A stretch of 64,000 nt of DNA from Bacteroidota bacterium (GTDB lineage Bacteria > Bacteroidota > Bacteroidia > UBA8524), in NCBI GenBank assembly GCA_016124735.1, contig WGMZ01000026.1, positions 3,477 through 67,476 on the forward strand. The letters are read 5' to 3'. Under the pieces are notes generated by a model. It saw nothing but the letters and a program-made list of their open reading frames with translations, ran no database searches and was not told the origin of the DNA. Shown here piece by piece: positions 37,838-47,756 of this stretch; the stretch's first letter is position 1; every line of letters begins with the position of its first letter. Both the position numbers and the translations under genes were made by a program.

Positions 37838-38158
37838 TTAAGATTGAGGAGTGCTGTGTTTTTTACTCCAGCTATACGAGAGAATAGCCGGGAAAATCAA
37901 TCCGAGCCCTATTGTTCCAAACAGAAGAATCGCATCCCAGAAAGGAGGAAGCAAAAAACACAGAAGAAGACTAAAAAGCGAGCTACTGAGCAAAAGCGAT
38001 CCCGACAAGCGATGGGTGCGCTTCCAAATCGCTTCGTCTTTGAGGGTCCAGGGCAAGTCCTCATTCCACAGAAAGTAAAAAAGCAAAGGCAGGAACAACG
38101 GAAACCAAATAAACAGCTCCCTGATTGGATCTAAACGTACGACACCTCCCCTTGCCAT
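37838..38158 (-). CDS. SdpI-family-like small membrane protein
   Basis: PWTLKDEAIWKRTHRLSG resembles the SdpI core motif; followed by hydrophobic helices. Confidence 0.6.
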   Translation of the reverse strand: MARGGVVRLDPIRELFIWFPLFLPLLFYFLWNEDLPWTLKDEAIWKRTHRLSGSLLLSSSLFSLLLCFLLPPFWDAILLFGTIGLGLIFPAILSYSWSKKHSTPQS

Positions 38159-38218
38159 GGGAAACGAAAATAAACCTATACGCCTTATTCACAAGGCTTT
38201 TTGAGATATTTTAAAACT

Positions 38219-38983
38219 TCAGACCTCTACCTGTAAACCGTCGTAGGAAAAGAACATTCCTTCTGGTAAAAGCTCCTCTGTCTCGGCGTGTTTTCCCATC
38301 TGATGGCTCATATGGATGAAATAGGTTTGCTCAGCACCCAGCTCCCTTCCCAATGCAATAGCCTCATCGAGTGAAAAATGTGAGATATGCTCAGATCGAC
38401 GCAGCGCATTCAAAACAAGCACCTTGCTTCCCTTAATCTTCTCTTTTTCACTTTCCGGAATCCGGTTCGCATCCGTGATATAGGTAAAATCCCCAACGCG
38501 AAATCCCAATACCGGCATCTTGTAGTGAAATACCTCCACGGGTTTAACCCGCACGTCGCGGATTTCAAAATCCTTCCCAACCTGGATATCATGCACTACC
38601 AACTCAGGCACTCCAGGATATTTGATTTCCTCAAAAGCATAATAGAATTCGCGTTTTAAGGCCTGCAGCGTAGCCTGATTGCAATAAATATCAATGGGCT
38701 TTTTCTGGATGAAATTAAAAGCCCGGATATCATCCATGCCTGCTATATGATCCTTGTGGCTATGAGTAAATACCAGTGCATCCAGATGACGAATACCGCT
38801 TCTCAGCATCTGCTGTCGGAAATCCGGCCCCGAATCAATGACAATATTCACTTCTCCTTCCTGAATAAGCACAGAACTACGCAAGCGCTTGTCTCTGGAA
38901 TCGTTCGATTGACATACTTCACACTGACAGGCTATGACGGGAACGCCTTGAGAAGTGCCCGTTCCTAAGAAAGTAACTTTCAA
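38219..38983 (-). CDS. MBL-fold metallo-hydrolase (PhnP/YycJ-like)
   Basis: LGTGTSQGVP, CxCxVC, THSHKDH, YITD, HMSH. Confidence 0.93.
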   Translation of the reverse strand: MKVTFLGTGTSQGVPVIACQCEVCQSNDSRDKRLRSSVLIQEGEVNIVIDSGPDFRQQMLRSGIRHLDALVFTHSHKDHIAGMDDIRAFNFIQKKPIDIYCNQATLQALKREFYYAFEEIKYPGVPELVVHDIQVGKDFEIRDVRVKPVEVFHYKMPVLGFRVGDFTYITDANRIPESEKEKIKGSKVLVLNALRRSEHISHFSLDEAIALGRELGAEQTYFIHMSHQMGKHAETEELLPEGMFFSYDGLQVEV

Positions 38984-39014
38984 TGTGCTTCAGTTTTGGG
39001 GCGAAGAAAAAGAA

Positions 39015-39088
39015 TGGAGGTCGGAACCGGATTCGAACCGGTGTAAAGGGTTTTGCAGACCCGTGCCTAGCCACTCGGCCATCCGACC
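39015..39088 (-). tRNA. tRNA-Cys (GCA), CCA encoded
   Basis: Reverse complement GGTCGGATGGCCGAGTGGCTAGGCACGGGTCTGCAAAACCCTTTACACCGGTTCGAATCCGGTTCCGACCTCCA folds as a cloverleaf; TACTTTTG -7 element upstream. Confidence 0.97.
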
Positions 39089-39201
39089 TTTGAGGGATGC
39101 AAAAGTATCAGAAATATCCATATCCTGCAACCTGCCTTCAATTATTTTTATTTTCCTTCTTAAGAGGCTTTTCAGGGTATTTCGCGTAAAATTGTATAGT
39201 T

Positions 39202-39675
39202 ATGACAGCATTGATTATTGGAGATCACGCTCCTGATTTCTCCCTTTATGATACCGACAAGACTGAACGCTCACTGAGCGATTTTCGTGGACAGAACGTG
39301 GTGGTTCTCTTTTTTCCTCTGGCTTTTACAAGTACTTGTACAGCGGAACTGTGTGGAGTCAGAGATGACATTGCCTTTTACCAAAACCTCAATGTTCCGG
39401 TTCTGGCTATTTCTGTTGACACTGTTTTTTCTCTTGCCCGGTTCAAGGAAGACCAGAATTTGAACATGATTCTGCTGTCTGACTTCAATCAGGAAACCTG
39501 CAAGGCCTATGGAAGTATGTACGAAACATTTATTTTAGGCATGACCGGAGTAGCGAAACGGTCTGCATTCGTGATTGACAAGAATGGTGTTGTGCGCTAC
39601 GCTGAAGTATTAGAAAACGCCGGAGAAATACCAAATTTGGATGCAGTGAAACAAACGCTCAATCAGTTGGCATGA
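39202..39675 (+). CDS. Peroxiredoxin (AhpC/TSA family)
   Basis: FFPLAFTSTCTAELC (PxxxTxxC), LLSDFN, KRSAFVID. Confidence 0.9.
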   Translation: MTALIIGDHAPDFSLYDTDKTERSLSDFRGQNVVVLFFPLAFTSTCTAELCGVRDDIAFYQNLNVPVLAISVDTVFSLARFKEDQNLNMILLSDFNQETCKAYGSMYETFILGMTGVAKRSAFVIDKNGVVRYAEVLENAGEIPNLDAVKQTLNQLA

Positions 39676-40139
39676 GCTTAAGCGTGCTTATTTTAGTTTC
39701 CCTCATGGGTATCGTATTGATACTCCTGGACTTGTTTTTCATTCCAGGTGGAGTGGTTGCTTTTATAGGCCTGGCACTGGTGGTTTTTGCAGATTATCAG
39801 GCTTTTGAAGAACATGGAAATTCAATGGGTTGGATATTCACCATTGCTTCAGGCATTCTGTCTGTCCTTCTTCTTGCTCAGTTTTTCCGGGCTTCTTTTT
39901 GGAACCGATTTGGTCCAAAAGAAGAAATCAGCGGGAAAGTGAATACCGAAGATATAGAAAGTGTTCATATTGGCGACCGAGGATTAACTATCGGAGCTAT
40001 CCGTCCCTCAGGCAGTGTTCGTTTTGGCGATTTCATTGTTGAAGCCCATGCAAAACATGCCGTTATTGCGGCACATACGGAGGTAGAAATTGTTTCTATC
40101 GACGACAATAAAATCATCATTAAACCTATTGAATCTTAA
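39672..40139 (+). CDS. Short NfeD family protein
   Basis: N-terminal TM helices plus OB-fold C-terminus with IRPSGSV; directly upstream of floA. Confidence 0.8.
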   Translation: MSLSVLILVSLMGIVLILLDLFFIPGGVVAFIGLALVVFADYQAFEEHGNSMGWIFTIASGILSVLLLAQFFRASFWNRFGPKEEISGKVNTEDIESVHIGDRGLTIGAIRPSGSVRFGDFIVEAHAKHAVIAAHTEVEIVSIDDNKIIIKPIES

Positions 40140-40142
40140 TTT

Positions 40143-41120
40143 ATGAACAGTATTGCACTTGTAGTTATTCTGGTTGGTGCCATTATCTTTTTGTTCACCT
40201 TCCTATACTTTGTCCCATTGGGACTTTGGTTCTCGGCCCAGTTATCGCGTGTGCGCATCAACTTACTCCAGTTGGTATTCATGCGCTTTCGAAAGGTCCC
40301 GCCTCAGGTCATTGTCAAAGCAATGATCAATTCAACCAAGGCAGGGTTGCGATTAACCCGTGATGAGTTAGAAGCGCATTACCTCGCCGGTGGAAATGTA
40401 ATCAATGTTGTAAATGCATTAATCTCGGCCGACAAAGCCAATATCCCTCTGGATTTCAAATCTGCTACAGCCATCGACCTGGCTGGCCGCGATGTGTTCC
40501 AAGCGGTGCAGATGAGTGTAAACCCAAAAGTAATTGATACCCCTCCTGTTACTGCGGTGGCGAAGGATGGAATCCAACTCATTGCGAAGGCAAGAGTAAC
40601 CGTACGCGCCAATATCAAGCGTTTGGTGGGTGGCGCCGGTGAAGAAACAATCCTCGCTCGGGTGGGCGAAGGGGTCGTTTCCTCTATTGGTTCGGCCGAA
40701 TCTCATAAAACGGTATTGGAAAATCCTGACTCAATTTCCAAAACAGTTCTTGCCAAAGGACTGGACTCGGGAACAGCTTTTGAAATTCTTTCAATCGATA
40801 TTGCCGACGTGGATATAGGCAAGAACATTGGCGCGGTATTGCAAACGGATCAGGCCATGGCCGATAAAAATATTGCTCAGGCAAAAGCAGAAGAGCGCCG
40901 GGCTATGGCAGTCGCTTTGGAGCAGGAAATGGTCGCCAAGGCACAAGAGGCCCGGGCCAAAGTAATTGAAGCCGAAGCAGAGATCCCGATGGCCATTGCA
41001 GAGGCATTCCGCTCAGGAAACCTCGGCGTCATGGATTATTACAAACTCAGAAATATTCAGGCAGATACGGATATGCGCGACAGCATTTCCAAACCGCCAA
41101 AAGACAGCGGAAAGAAATAA
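40143..41120 (+). CDS. floA: Flotillin-like protein FloA (UPF0365/YqfA)
   Basis: [49 protein letters not shown]. Confidence 0.93.
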   Translation: MNSIALVVILVGAIIFLFTFLYFVPLGLWFSAQLSRVRINLLQLVFMRFRKVPPQVIVKAMINSTKAGLRLTRDELEAHYLAGGNVINVVNALISADKANIPLDFKSATAIDLAGRDVFQAVQMSVNPKVIDTPPVTAVAKDGIQLIAKARVTVRANIKRLVGGAGEETILARVGEGVVSSIGSAESHKTVLENPDSISKTVLAKGLDSGTAFEILSIDIADVDIGKNIGAVLQTDQAMADKNIAQAKAEERRAMAVALEQEMVAKAQEARAKVIEAEAEIPMAIAEAFRSGNLGVMDYYKLRNIQADTDMRDSISKPPKDSGKK

Positions 41121-41153
41121 AAAAAGGCCGGTAAATTACCGGCCTTTTTTTTT
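41119..41153. terminator. Bidirectional intrinsic terminator
   Basis: A7-GGCCGGTAA-a-TTACCGGCC-T9 between floA and msrA. Confidence 0.85.
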
Positions 41154-41829
41154 ATTTGACTCCTGGCTTCAGCTTATCTCCAAAAATTTTTTTCATCTTT
41201 TCCACCTTTGGTTTGATGACCATTTGGCAATATGGCTGTTGCCCATTGTTAGTGTAATATTCCTGATGGTAGTCCTCTGCCGGGTAAAAAGCTTCCAGCG
41301 GACTAATTTCCGTTACAACGGGAGACGGAAATGCCGATTCCTCGTTTAATTTCTTTTTGTAGTACTCTGCTCTTTCTTTTTGATAGGTATTGTGATAAAA
41401 AATCACAGATCGGTATTGCGTTCCAACATCCGCTCCCTGACGATTCAGGGTGGTTGGATCATGGGTTTGCCAAAATACTTCGAGCAATTCATCATAACTG
41501 ATAACTGCCGGCTTGTAGATGATTTGTACCACCTCTGCATGTCCCGTTAATCCACTGCAAACTTCCCGGTAGGTTGGATTCGCAATCTTCCCTCCGGAAT
41601 AACCGGATTGAACAGATTCCACCCCTTTTAAATCCTGAAAGACAGCTTCCACACACCAGAAGCATCCGGCACCAAAGGTGGCGGTATCTACTTCATTGCT
41701 ATCTTTAATTTCCTTCATATTGCCTTCCGATTGAAAATCTATTTTATTGGTCTGTTTTGTCGGATTCCCTTGGCATGCTAAGAGAAAGCCAAGGCTCATC
41801 ATCCCCGTCGTGAATATGCTCATTTTCAT
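41152..41829 (-). CDS. msrA: Peptide-methionine (S)-S-oxide reductase, lipoprotein form
   Basis: GCFWC, GHAEVVQ, DVGTQYRS, AEDYHQEY; lipobox LLAC. Confidence 0.95.
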   Translation of the reverse strand: MKMSIFTTGMMSLGFLLACQGNPTKQTNKIDFQSEGNMKEIKDSNEVDTATFGAGCFWCVEAVFQDLKGVESVQSGYSGGKIANPTYREVCSGLTGHAEVVQIIYKPAVISYDELLEVFWQTHDPTTLNRQGADVGTQYRSVIFYHNTYQKERAEYYKKKLNEESAFPSPVVTEISPLEAFYPAEDYHQEYYTNNGQQPYCQMVIKPKVEKMKKIFGDKLKPGVK

Positions 41830-43210
41830 TTTTCTTTAGTCTGTAATTCTCTAATTGCAAAAACAGCCAAAGGAACGCCATCAAAGGAATCAACCATATT
41901 ACCCGCGCCTCATACCGATCCAACGGGTTGGAAAAAACTCCACAAATGGCTGCATTGCACACGATAAATAAGAACAATGCAAATCCCAATCTGTTTTGAT
42001 CATCTAGACGGGCTAAAGCAGGTTTCCTGACAAAAAAAGCGAACATAATTACAAACAGACCAGCAATCACAGCAATCATTTGCCGGATGCTGGCTCCATG
42101 AAAATAGAGGTCCTGTGTATATTGTTTCGATGATTTGTAACGCGCTAAATCCAGGGGCCAGGCCTCTTTCAGCACTTCATAGGGGGCACTTCCCTCCTTC
42201 TGAGAACTGATCATCCCCACTCCAAAATTAATACTTTGCTGCCAGGTGCTGCCCCACGCATATCCCAGCCACTTCCTGAATACAGCTCTATCCTTCCACC
42301 ATCCGGAGGCCATCGCTTTGAGCTCTTCATTTCTTTGTTTCCAGCAAAATCCCCAGCCTCCCACGGCATTGCAGGAAGAATCAATCAATATATCTGAATT
42401 CCAAAGAATATCATTGCCCGACATCTCAGCCAACCTGGATCGTTCCGTACACAGAAACAATGGTGCGTTTCCTTCTCCGCAATGGCGCTCCAACCAAGGA
42501 ACCAAAACGCCGGCCGTTTGCAAACTCGCGGTGAGAAAAACCCGGGAAGAATCCGAATAATAGAAACGTCCGCTCAGCCGGTAATTATTCAATGGCAGTG
42601 TAAAAACCGACAAGAGAACACCCAAGATCAATGAATTCCAGCTCCACTTATTCCGTTTGTCTGACTGAAACATAAATGCAATTGCCACAGCGAACAATCC
42701 GAGGAGCAGATGTGTAGTATGGGTAGCTGTAATCAATGCAAATACAATCCAAAATACCAGACGATGAAGTCCCAACTTGGCCTTTGGCTTGAACAAAGTC
42801 CACGCTATCAGGAACAACAAAGGCGTAAGCAGATCGGGCATAATTTGATTGACAAGAAAGGGTAAACCGCTTGTTCCTGCTAAAAGAAGAGCAATCAAAG
42901 CACTGGTTCCCGGAATGAACTTTCCTTTAAATCCCCGATGAACAAAGATGTACATAACGTACAATACCAGGAGCGATTGAAACAATGGAATGGCGTATAC
43001 ACTCGAAAAATTCGCTATCCGGCTCACTAATTCGGAATACATCACCGGACGGTCAATTGGGATTTGATGTTGACGAAAAGCGATCAGGTAGGTTCCACTG
43101 TCAGAATAAAGAAATGGGAAACGGTAAATCCACATCGGCCAACAAAGAATTGGCAACACCAGCACATTGGAAATCAAGTCAATAATTATTTCCTTTCGCC
43201 TCGTGTTCAT
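41744..43210 (-). CDS. Polytopic membrane protein, possibly GT-C glycosyltransferase-like
   Basis: Many TM segments, YSDSGTY...RPVMY after the first helix, a large soluble loop, DRYEARVIWL near the C-terminus. Confidence 0.65.
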   Translation of the reverse strand: MNTRRKEIIIDLISNVLVLPILCWPMWIYRFPFLYSDSGTYLIAFRQHQIPIDRPVMYSELVSRIANFSSVYAIPLFQSLLVLYVMYIFVHRGFKGKFIPGTSALIALLLAGTSGLPFLVNQIMPDLLTPLLFLIAWTLFKPKAKLGLHRLVFWIVFALITATHTTHLLLGLFAVAIAFMFQSDKRNKWSWNSLILGVLLSVFTLPLNNYRLSGRFYYSDSSRVFLTASLQTAGVLVPWLERHCGEGNAPLFLCTERSRLAEMSGNDILWNSDILIDSSCNAVGGWGFCWKQRNEELKAMASGWWKDRAVFRKWLGYAWGSTWQQSINFGVGMISSQKEGSAPYEVLKEAWPLDLARYKSSKQYTQDLYFHGASIRQMIAVIAGLFVIMFAFFVRKPALARLDDQNRLGFALFLFIVCNAAICGVFSNPLDRYEARVIWLIPLMAFLWLFLQLENYRLKKNENEHIHDGDDEPWLSLSMPRESDKTDQ

Positions 43211-44613
43211 TCCAGAATAAGTTTTTCTAAAAGGTCACCTCGGGTATGAAACAAACGAATTAAAGCCATTCGCCATTTGATCTCCAGACTCACGCGTTTT
43301 GCCTGCGATTGAAAGCACATGTTTTCTCGCTGATTCAGTAAGAAAACAGAGCTTTCCCCACTCCGAAAACGAATAATTTCTGCATCCAATAATTTCTGAT
43401 AACTGGATTGGATACCTTCCTGAATGCGCGCATTTTCCAGCCCTAACACATATTCCTGAAAGTTGGCATTGATCTTTTGGGCAATTTGTCTTTGTTTATC
43501 TGCAATTTCCCAATTCACCTCTTGTTGTTTTAATCGGGTATATTGTACAGCCGCTCTTTCCTGCCGCATAAATATTGGAAAAGAAATTCCGATGCCTGCT
43601 TTGTAATAGTCTGTGCCAATGGTCTGCAATGCCTGAAAGTCCTGAGAGGCATCATACAACAAGTTGTATTTAAATTCCGCTTTAGGTAGCAGCTGGTTTT
43701 GCCTGAATCGAAGTTCTTTACTCAGAATCTCCGTTTGATTATAAAATTGCATGAGCAATGGATTTTCGGCCATCCAGTCTGAATTTACCGCCGCAGAATC
43801 CACCAAATTGGTAATTTCCTCGAGCTGATCCAATAAGGGGGGAACTCCTTGGCCCTGTTCCAGCAAATGTTTCCAATACTCCTGCCAGATAAAAGTAAGC
43901 AGGTGTTGGGTGTGTTTTCTGTAATTCAGCAAGGCGTCATTAGTAGCCAATAGACGACTTTGCCATTGCATATGAGACTCCACTGTATCGATGAGTGGTC
44001 GGTCGCCCAGCATGGCAGCTGACCTGGTCGTTTGAAATTGTTCCTCGCTTATCTGACTTGCGTTTCGATTGATAATCCAAATATTGTATGTTTCCACCCA
44101 TGTCCAGTAGGCTTCCATACCTTCGTGGAGCAAGTCGTTCAATTCCGTTTTTTGTTCATAGGGAGCTGTTTTTTGAAGGATGAAGGCTTTGTTTCTTTCA
44201 AATCGCATTTTGCTTTGCCAAAGTCCGTTGCCCAAAGGAACTTTCAAACCACCCGCATATAGCCCATTCATCGGAACGGAATTTTCCGGATTCATGTACT
44301 GACCTGAATTATGATCAAAGCGACTGTATATTTCAATTCCATATAGCGTTGGAATACTCAGTCCGCCTCCAAGTAAATTCCAATAATTCTTTCCGTCAAA
44401 AGTTTTTCGGTCGTAATTTAAATTAAAACCCGGTTCTGTCAGCCCTTTGGCTTTCAACCAGCTGGCTTGCGCAAATGCCGGTCGCAGGGAAGCCTGAAAA
44501 GCTCGCGGATGGTATTCTACCAATTGTTTGGCAAACGTCTTCGGTTGGAGAATGGTCTCCGCAGCAGTATATGTAAAGGACAAAAATCCACTTAATACCC
44601 AGGCCAATTTCAT
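43207..44613 (-). CDS. TolC family outer-membrane efflux protein
   Basis: Helical OEP pattern, NQLLPK, SFPIFMRQER, FRSGESSVFLLNQRE. Confidence 0.88.
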   Translation of the reverse strand: MKLAWVLSGFLSFTYTAAETILQPKTFAKQLVEYHPRAFQASLRPAFAQASWLKAKGLTEPGFNLNYDRKTFDGKNYWNLLGGGLSIPTLYGIEIYSRFDHNSGQYMNPENSVPMNGLYAGGLKVPLGNGLWQSKMRFERNKAFILQKTAPYEQKTELNDLLHEGMEAYWTWVETYNIWIINRNASQISEEQFQTTRSAAMLGDRPLIDTVESHMQWQSRLLATNDALLNYRKHTQHLLTFIWQEYWKHLLEQGQGVPPLLDQLEEITNLVDSAAVNSDWMAENPLLMQFYNQTEILSKELRFRQNQLLPKAEFKYNLLYDASQDFQALQTIGTDYYKAGIGISFPIFMRQERAAVQYTRLKQQEVNWEIADKQRQIAQKINANFQEYVLGLENARIQEGIQSSYQKLLDAEIIRFRSGESSVFLLNQRENMCFQSQAKRVSLEIKWRMALIRLFHTRGDLLEKLILE

Positions 44614-45962
44614 TTTATATTTCCTTTTTCTGAATCCTCTATTCGATAAAATTCGGGCGGGAACCCGTTCAGTCTGCGCCAGAGTTCATACCACACGGGC
44701 ACATCTTTCAATAATGCATATCCTTTGGCTCCGCCTCCAATTGCCAGCAATTCGGGCCATTTTTCTGTATTTTCAGATGGAGAAACTAAAATGCGGTAGC
44801 GTCCATTTGGACTGATATTATTGTCAATCACTTTTACTGTTCCTCCAAATGTCCCGAAAGATGTCCCTGGCCAGCCACTGAATACAACCGAAGGCCAACC
44901 ATCAAATTGAATTCGAACAGAACGTCCGATTTCGAACAAGGGTAAATCAACGGCTTGAATATAAAAGGCGACAGCCATATCATGCACTTCAGGAGTTATA
45001 CTTGCCAATGCCTCCCCGGCTTTAACGTTTTCACCAAGTCCTGCCCGATGAATCCTCACAATTTGTCCATCTTGTGGGGCAAGAATAAAGTAGTTTCCAG
45101 CCCGGATTACATAGTTAGAATAGGCATTATTGAGTTTGGATAGTTCCTCATTTACTTTGGATAAGTCGGATACTGCGGTTTGTATTTCCGACTGTATCTT
45201 AAAGATTTTTTCCAGGTACTCCGCCTCTATTGTATTCAGTTCTACTTCAGAAATAAGAAATTCATTTTGAGAAATAGCAAAATCATTTTCGGCCTTATTG
45301 AGTTTGGCCATGGCGCTTTGCATTTTATTCTGGCGCGATTCTAATTCAGTTTTAGAAATAAGGTTCTGTTTGTATAATTCCCCACCCCTTTCGTATTGTG
45401 CTTTGAAGTTGGAATAATCCGTGCGCGCTGCCTCAATCGCCGCACTGTCTGTACTTAATTTGTAGTGAATTTGCTCTATTTTTCTGCGGGTTTGCTGCGT
45501 TTTCAACTTCAGGTTCTGACGCAGCGCAGCTATCTGGCGTTCCAGCGCATCAATTTTATTCTGGTAAGCCTTGGTTGAATTGTGTTTGGCTTGCAATTGT
45601 TCTTCTGTACGTTCCAGTAGAAATGGATCCCAGTACTGATCTTTAATTTCCGAAATCCGCGCAATAGTATCCCCTTTTTGAACAAGCATTCCTTCCCTTA
45701 CATACCAGTGATCTATTTTTCCTTCTATCACCGACTGAATTTCCTGAGGACGTGTTTCAGGTTCAAGCGTAGTCAGATTCCCCTGCATAAATACATTCTG
45801 TGTCCAGGGCATAAATAACAGAACAATACCCAGCCCCAAAAAGAAAAATAATACTCGACTGAAACGGCGTATTGTTCCGAGTCGCATGACTTTGTTTCGA
45901 GATAAATCCGAACCCGGAACGAAATAGTCGTTATTTAGCTTTTGAGATGACAGATTAAGCAC
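44610..45962 (-). CDS. HlyD family secretion adaptor
   Basis: TM followed by PWTQ, lipoyl-like VREGMLVQKGD, long coiled coil, APQDG, FDGWP. Confidence 0.92.
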   Translation of the reverse strand: MLNLSSQKLNNDYFVPGSDLSRNKVMRLGTIRRFSRVLFFFLGLGIVLLFMPWTQNVFMQGNLTTLEPETRPQEIQSVIEGKIDHWYVREGMLVQKGDTIARISEIKDQYWDPFLLERTEEQLQAKHNSTKAYQNKIDALERQIAALRQNLKLKTQQTRRKIEQIHYKLSTDSAAIEAARTDYSNFKAQYERGGELYKQNLISKTELESRQNKMQSAMAKLNKAENDFAISQNEFLISEVELNTIEAEYLEKIFKIQSEIQTAVSDLSKVNEELSKLNNAYSNYVIRAGNYFILAPQDGQIVRIHRAGLGENVKAGEALASITPEVHDMAVAFYIQAVDLPLFEIGRSVRIQFDGWPSVVFSGWPGTSFGTFGGTVKVIDNNISPNGRYRILVSPSENTEKWPELLAIGGGAKGYALLKDVPVWYELWRRLNGFPPEFYRIEDSEKGNIK

Positions 45963-47631
45963 TCTGTCCTCCTTTCTCTTGAATTAATGAGGCCAAAGGA
46001 GTGCGTTCTCCCTTAAAATGATCAGGGATGTTTTCACTGATTACCCAAAAATATTTGCCAGTAACTTCAAACAAAGCATTTAAATCAGTTTTGGATAACA
46101 GTGCGTTGGGCCAAAGGTTCAAATCAATTAATACGACCTCAGCTTCACTCATGCAGGTGCGAAGAATCCCAAGCTGCCAAAGAATGGTCGTGTCATTGAA
46201 AATCCATAATGGCTCAATGGTTTCCCGAAAAGTCAGGCCAAAATCATTTAATCGCGCCGATAAGCCAATGATATCTGCAATTTTCATGGCCTTCCTTAGC
46301 GCTTCCGGCTCACCTTCAATTCCTAAATAGCTGCTAATCGACTCATTCATGACAACCTTTGCTGGCTCAATCACCATAAATTTCTGCCGCCATATTGAGA
46401 GATTCCATTCACTCAACGCCAAACCATCAGCGCGCACCGTACCCTCCGCGGGATCAATATGACCACCCAGTAATTTCTTGAAGGCAAGAATTTGAAGCGC
46501 ACTGCCTCCAAGCCATAAATGGTTCACCTTAAGCGAAAAGCTGCCATTAGGAACTATAAAATTTCTTCCCATTTTAAAACAAAGCCCCTGAAAGGCCAAT
46601 TCTTCTATGGGTTCAGAACGCGTATACCCCTTTGGTAAGTCTATCGTGAGTTCAGGGATTTTTGCCACTTTTTCAACTGCTGTCAATACATCATATATAC
46701 CTTCCATACTCAGAAGCAATTTTTCAACAGATCCCATGATTAAGATGATTACAATCTCTGCCGCAATAAACTGTCCCAGGTTAATTTGTCCCGACAACAC
46801 CAGATTTGCGCCAATGATTAACAAAATACTGATGATCAATGTTTTGAAAAATATTAAAACCTGGTATTGTGTACGAAGTACTCTAAAATGTTTTTTACGT
46901 GCATGCAGGTAGGCGCTTAAAAAGTCATCTACCTGTTTTAATCCTTTTTGGAATGGTTGTGCTGCCTTGTACCAGAAATGCTCCAACCCGAGCCGTTGCA
47001 AGTGAAATGCAATCCGGTATTTCTCCTCCGATTCTATCATACTGGAACTCAATCCTCTCGGACCGGAAAAACGAAAAAACAAAAAGAGAATAATAAAAAT
47101 CAGCAAAGAAAAGAAGCCGAAAAATGGATGATAAAATGAGATCAGAATTAATCCAAATACCATTTGAAGAATGGCGGCCGATAAATCCATCAATAATTTG
47201 GGAACCTGCTTTTGAATAGTCAGCGTGTCAAAGAAACGGTTAGCCAGCTCCTGATACAGATATTTTCCTGTAAGATTAAGTTTTAATAGCGGTAAGCGGA
47301 AGGCATACTCAAAACTGGATCGGAGAAAAATCTTCTGTTGAAGAACTTCTACAATACTCAGCTGAATTAATTGCATTACACCGACAAAGAAAGTTCCCGT
47401 TATTACCAGGGCAATCAAAAGAACCAATGATGTCGAGAAGTAAGCCCCCATCAAATAAGTGATAATTGCCTGAACGCCCAATGGAAGTGTCAGACTTATA
47501 ATTCCACTGATAATAGCATACATATAAAGAAGCCAAATGTCTTTGTAATCTTCCCGGAGGACTGCAAACATTTTTCTGGAACTACTAACTATAAGATTTT
47601 TAGATGAATTCGGCTTCGAAGGTTCTTTCAT
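45955..47631 (-). CDS. T1SS-type ABC transporter (TMD plus degenerate nucleotide-binding domain)
   Basis: Intact TMD (LPLGVQAI, ELANRFFD, LGQFIAAEIVI); Walker A, signature and Walker B not recognisable. Confidence 0.8.
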   Translation of the reverse strand: MKEPSKPNSSKNLIVSSSRKMFAVLREDYKDIWLLYMYAIISGIISLTLPLGVQAIITYLMGAYFSTSLVLLIALVITGTFFVGVMQLIQLSIVEVLQQKIFLRSSFEYAFRLPLLKLNLTGKYLYQELANRFFDTLTIQKQVPKLLMDLSAAILQMVFGLILISFYHPFFGFFSLLIFIILFLFFRFSGPRGLSSSMIESEEKYRIAFHLQRLGLEHFWYKAAQPFQKGLKQVDDFLSAYLHARKKHFRVLRTQYQVLIFFKTLIISILLIIGANLVLSGQINLGQFIAAEIVIILIMGSVEKLLLSMEGIYDVLTAVEKVAKIPELTIDLPKGYTRSEPIEELAFQGLCFKMGRNFIVPNGSFSLKVNHLWLGGSALQILAFKKLLGGHIDPAEGTVRADGLALSEWNLSIWRQKFMVIEPAKVVMNESISSYLGIEGEPEALRKAMKIADIIGLSARLNDFGLTFRETIEPLWIFNDTTILWQLGILRTCMSEAEVVLIDLNLWPNALLSKTDLNALFEVTGKYFWVISENIPDHFKGERTPLASLIQEKGGQSA

Positions 47632-47756
47632 AGGTTCAAAATCAACACGCAAAACACAAAACCAAGACCAAAATTGTCTGATAAACCGAGAATCCTGGTA
47701 ATTTTATCGATGCATTCGAAAATACATCGTTTTTAATTCTTCTATATATTGCAAGC

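Noticed and set aside
39015-39088. tRNA-Cys as the integration site of a genomic island
   Set aside because: No integrase and no duplicated tRNA 3' end seen in the window
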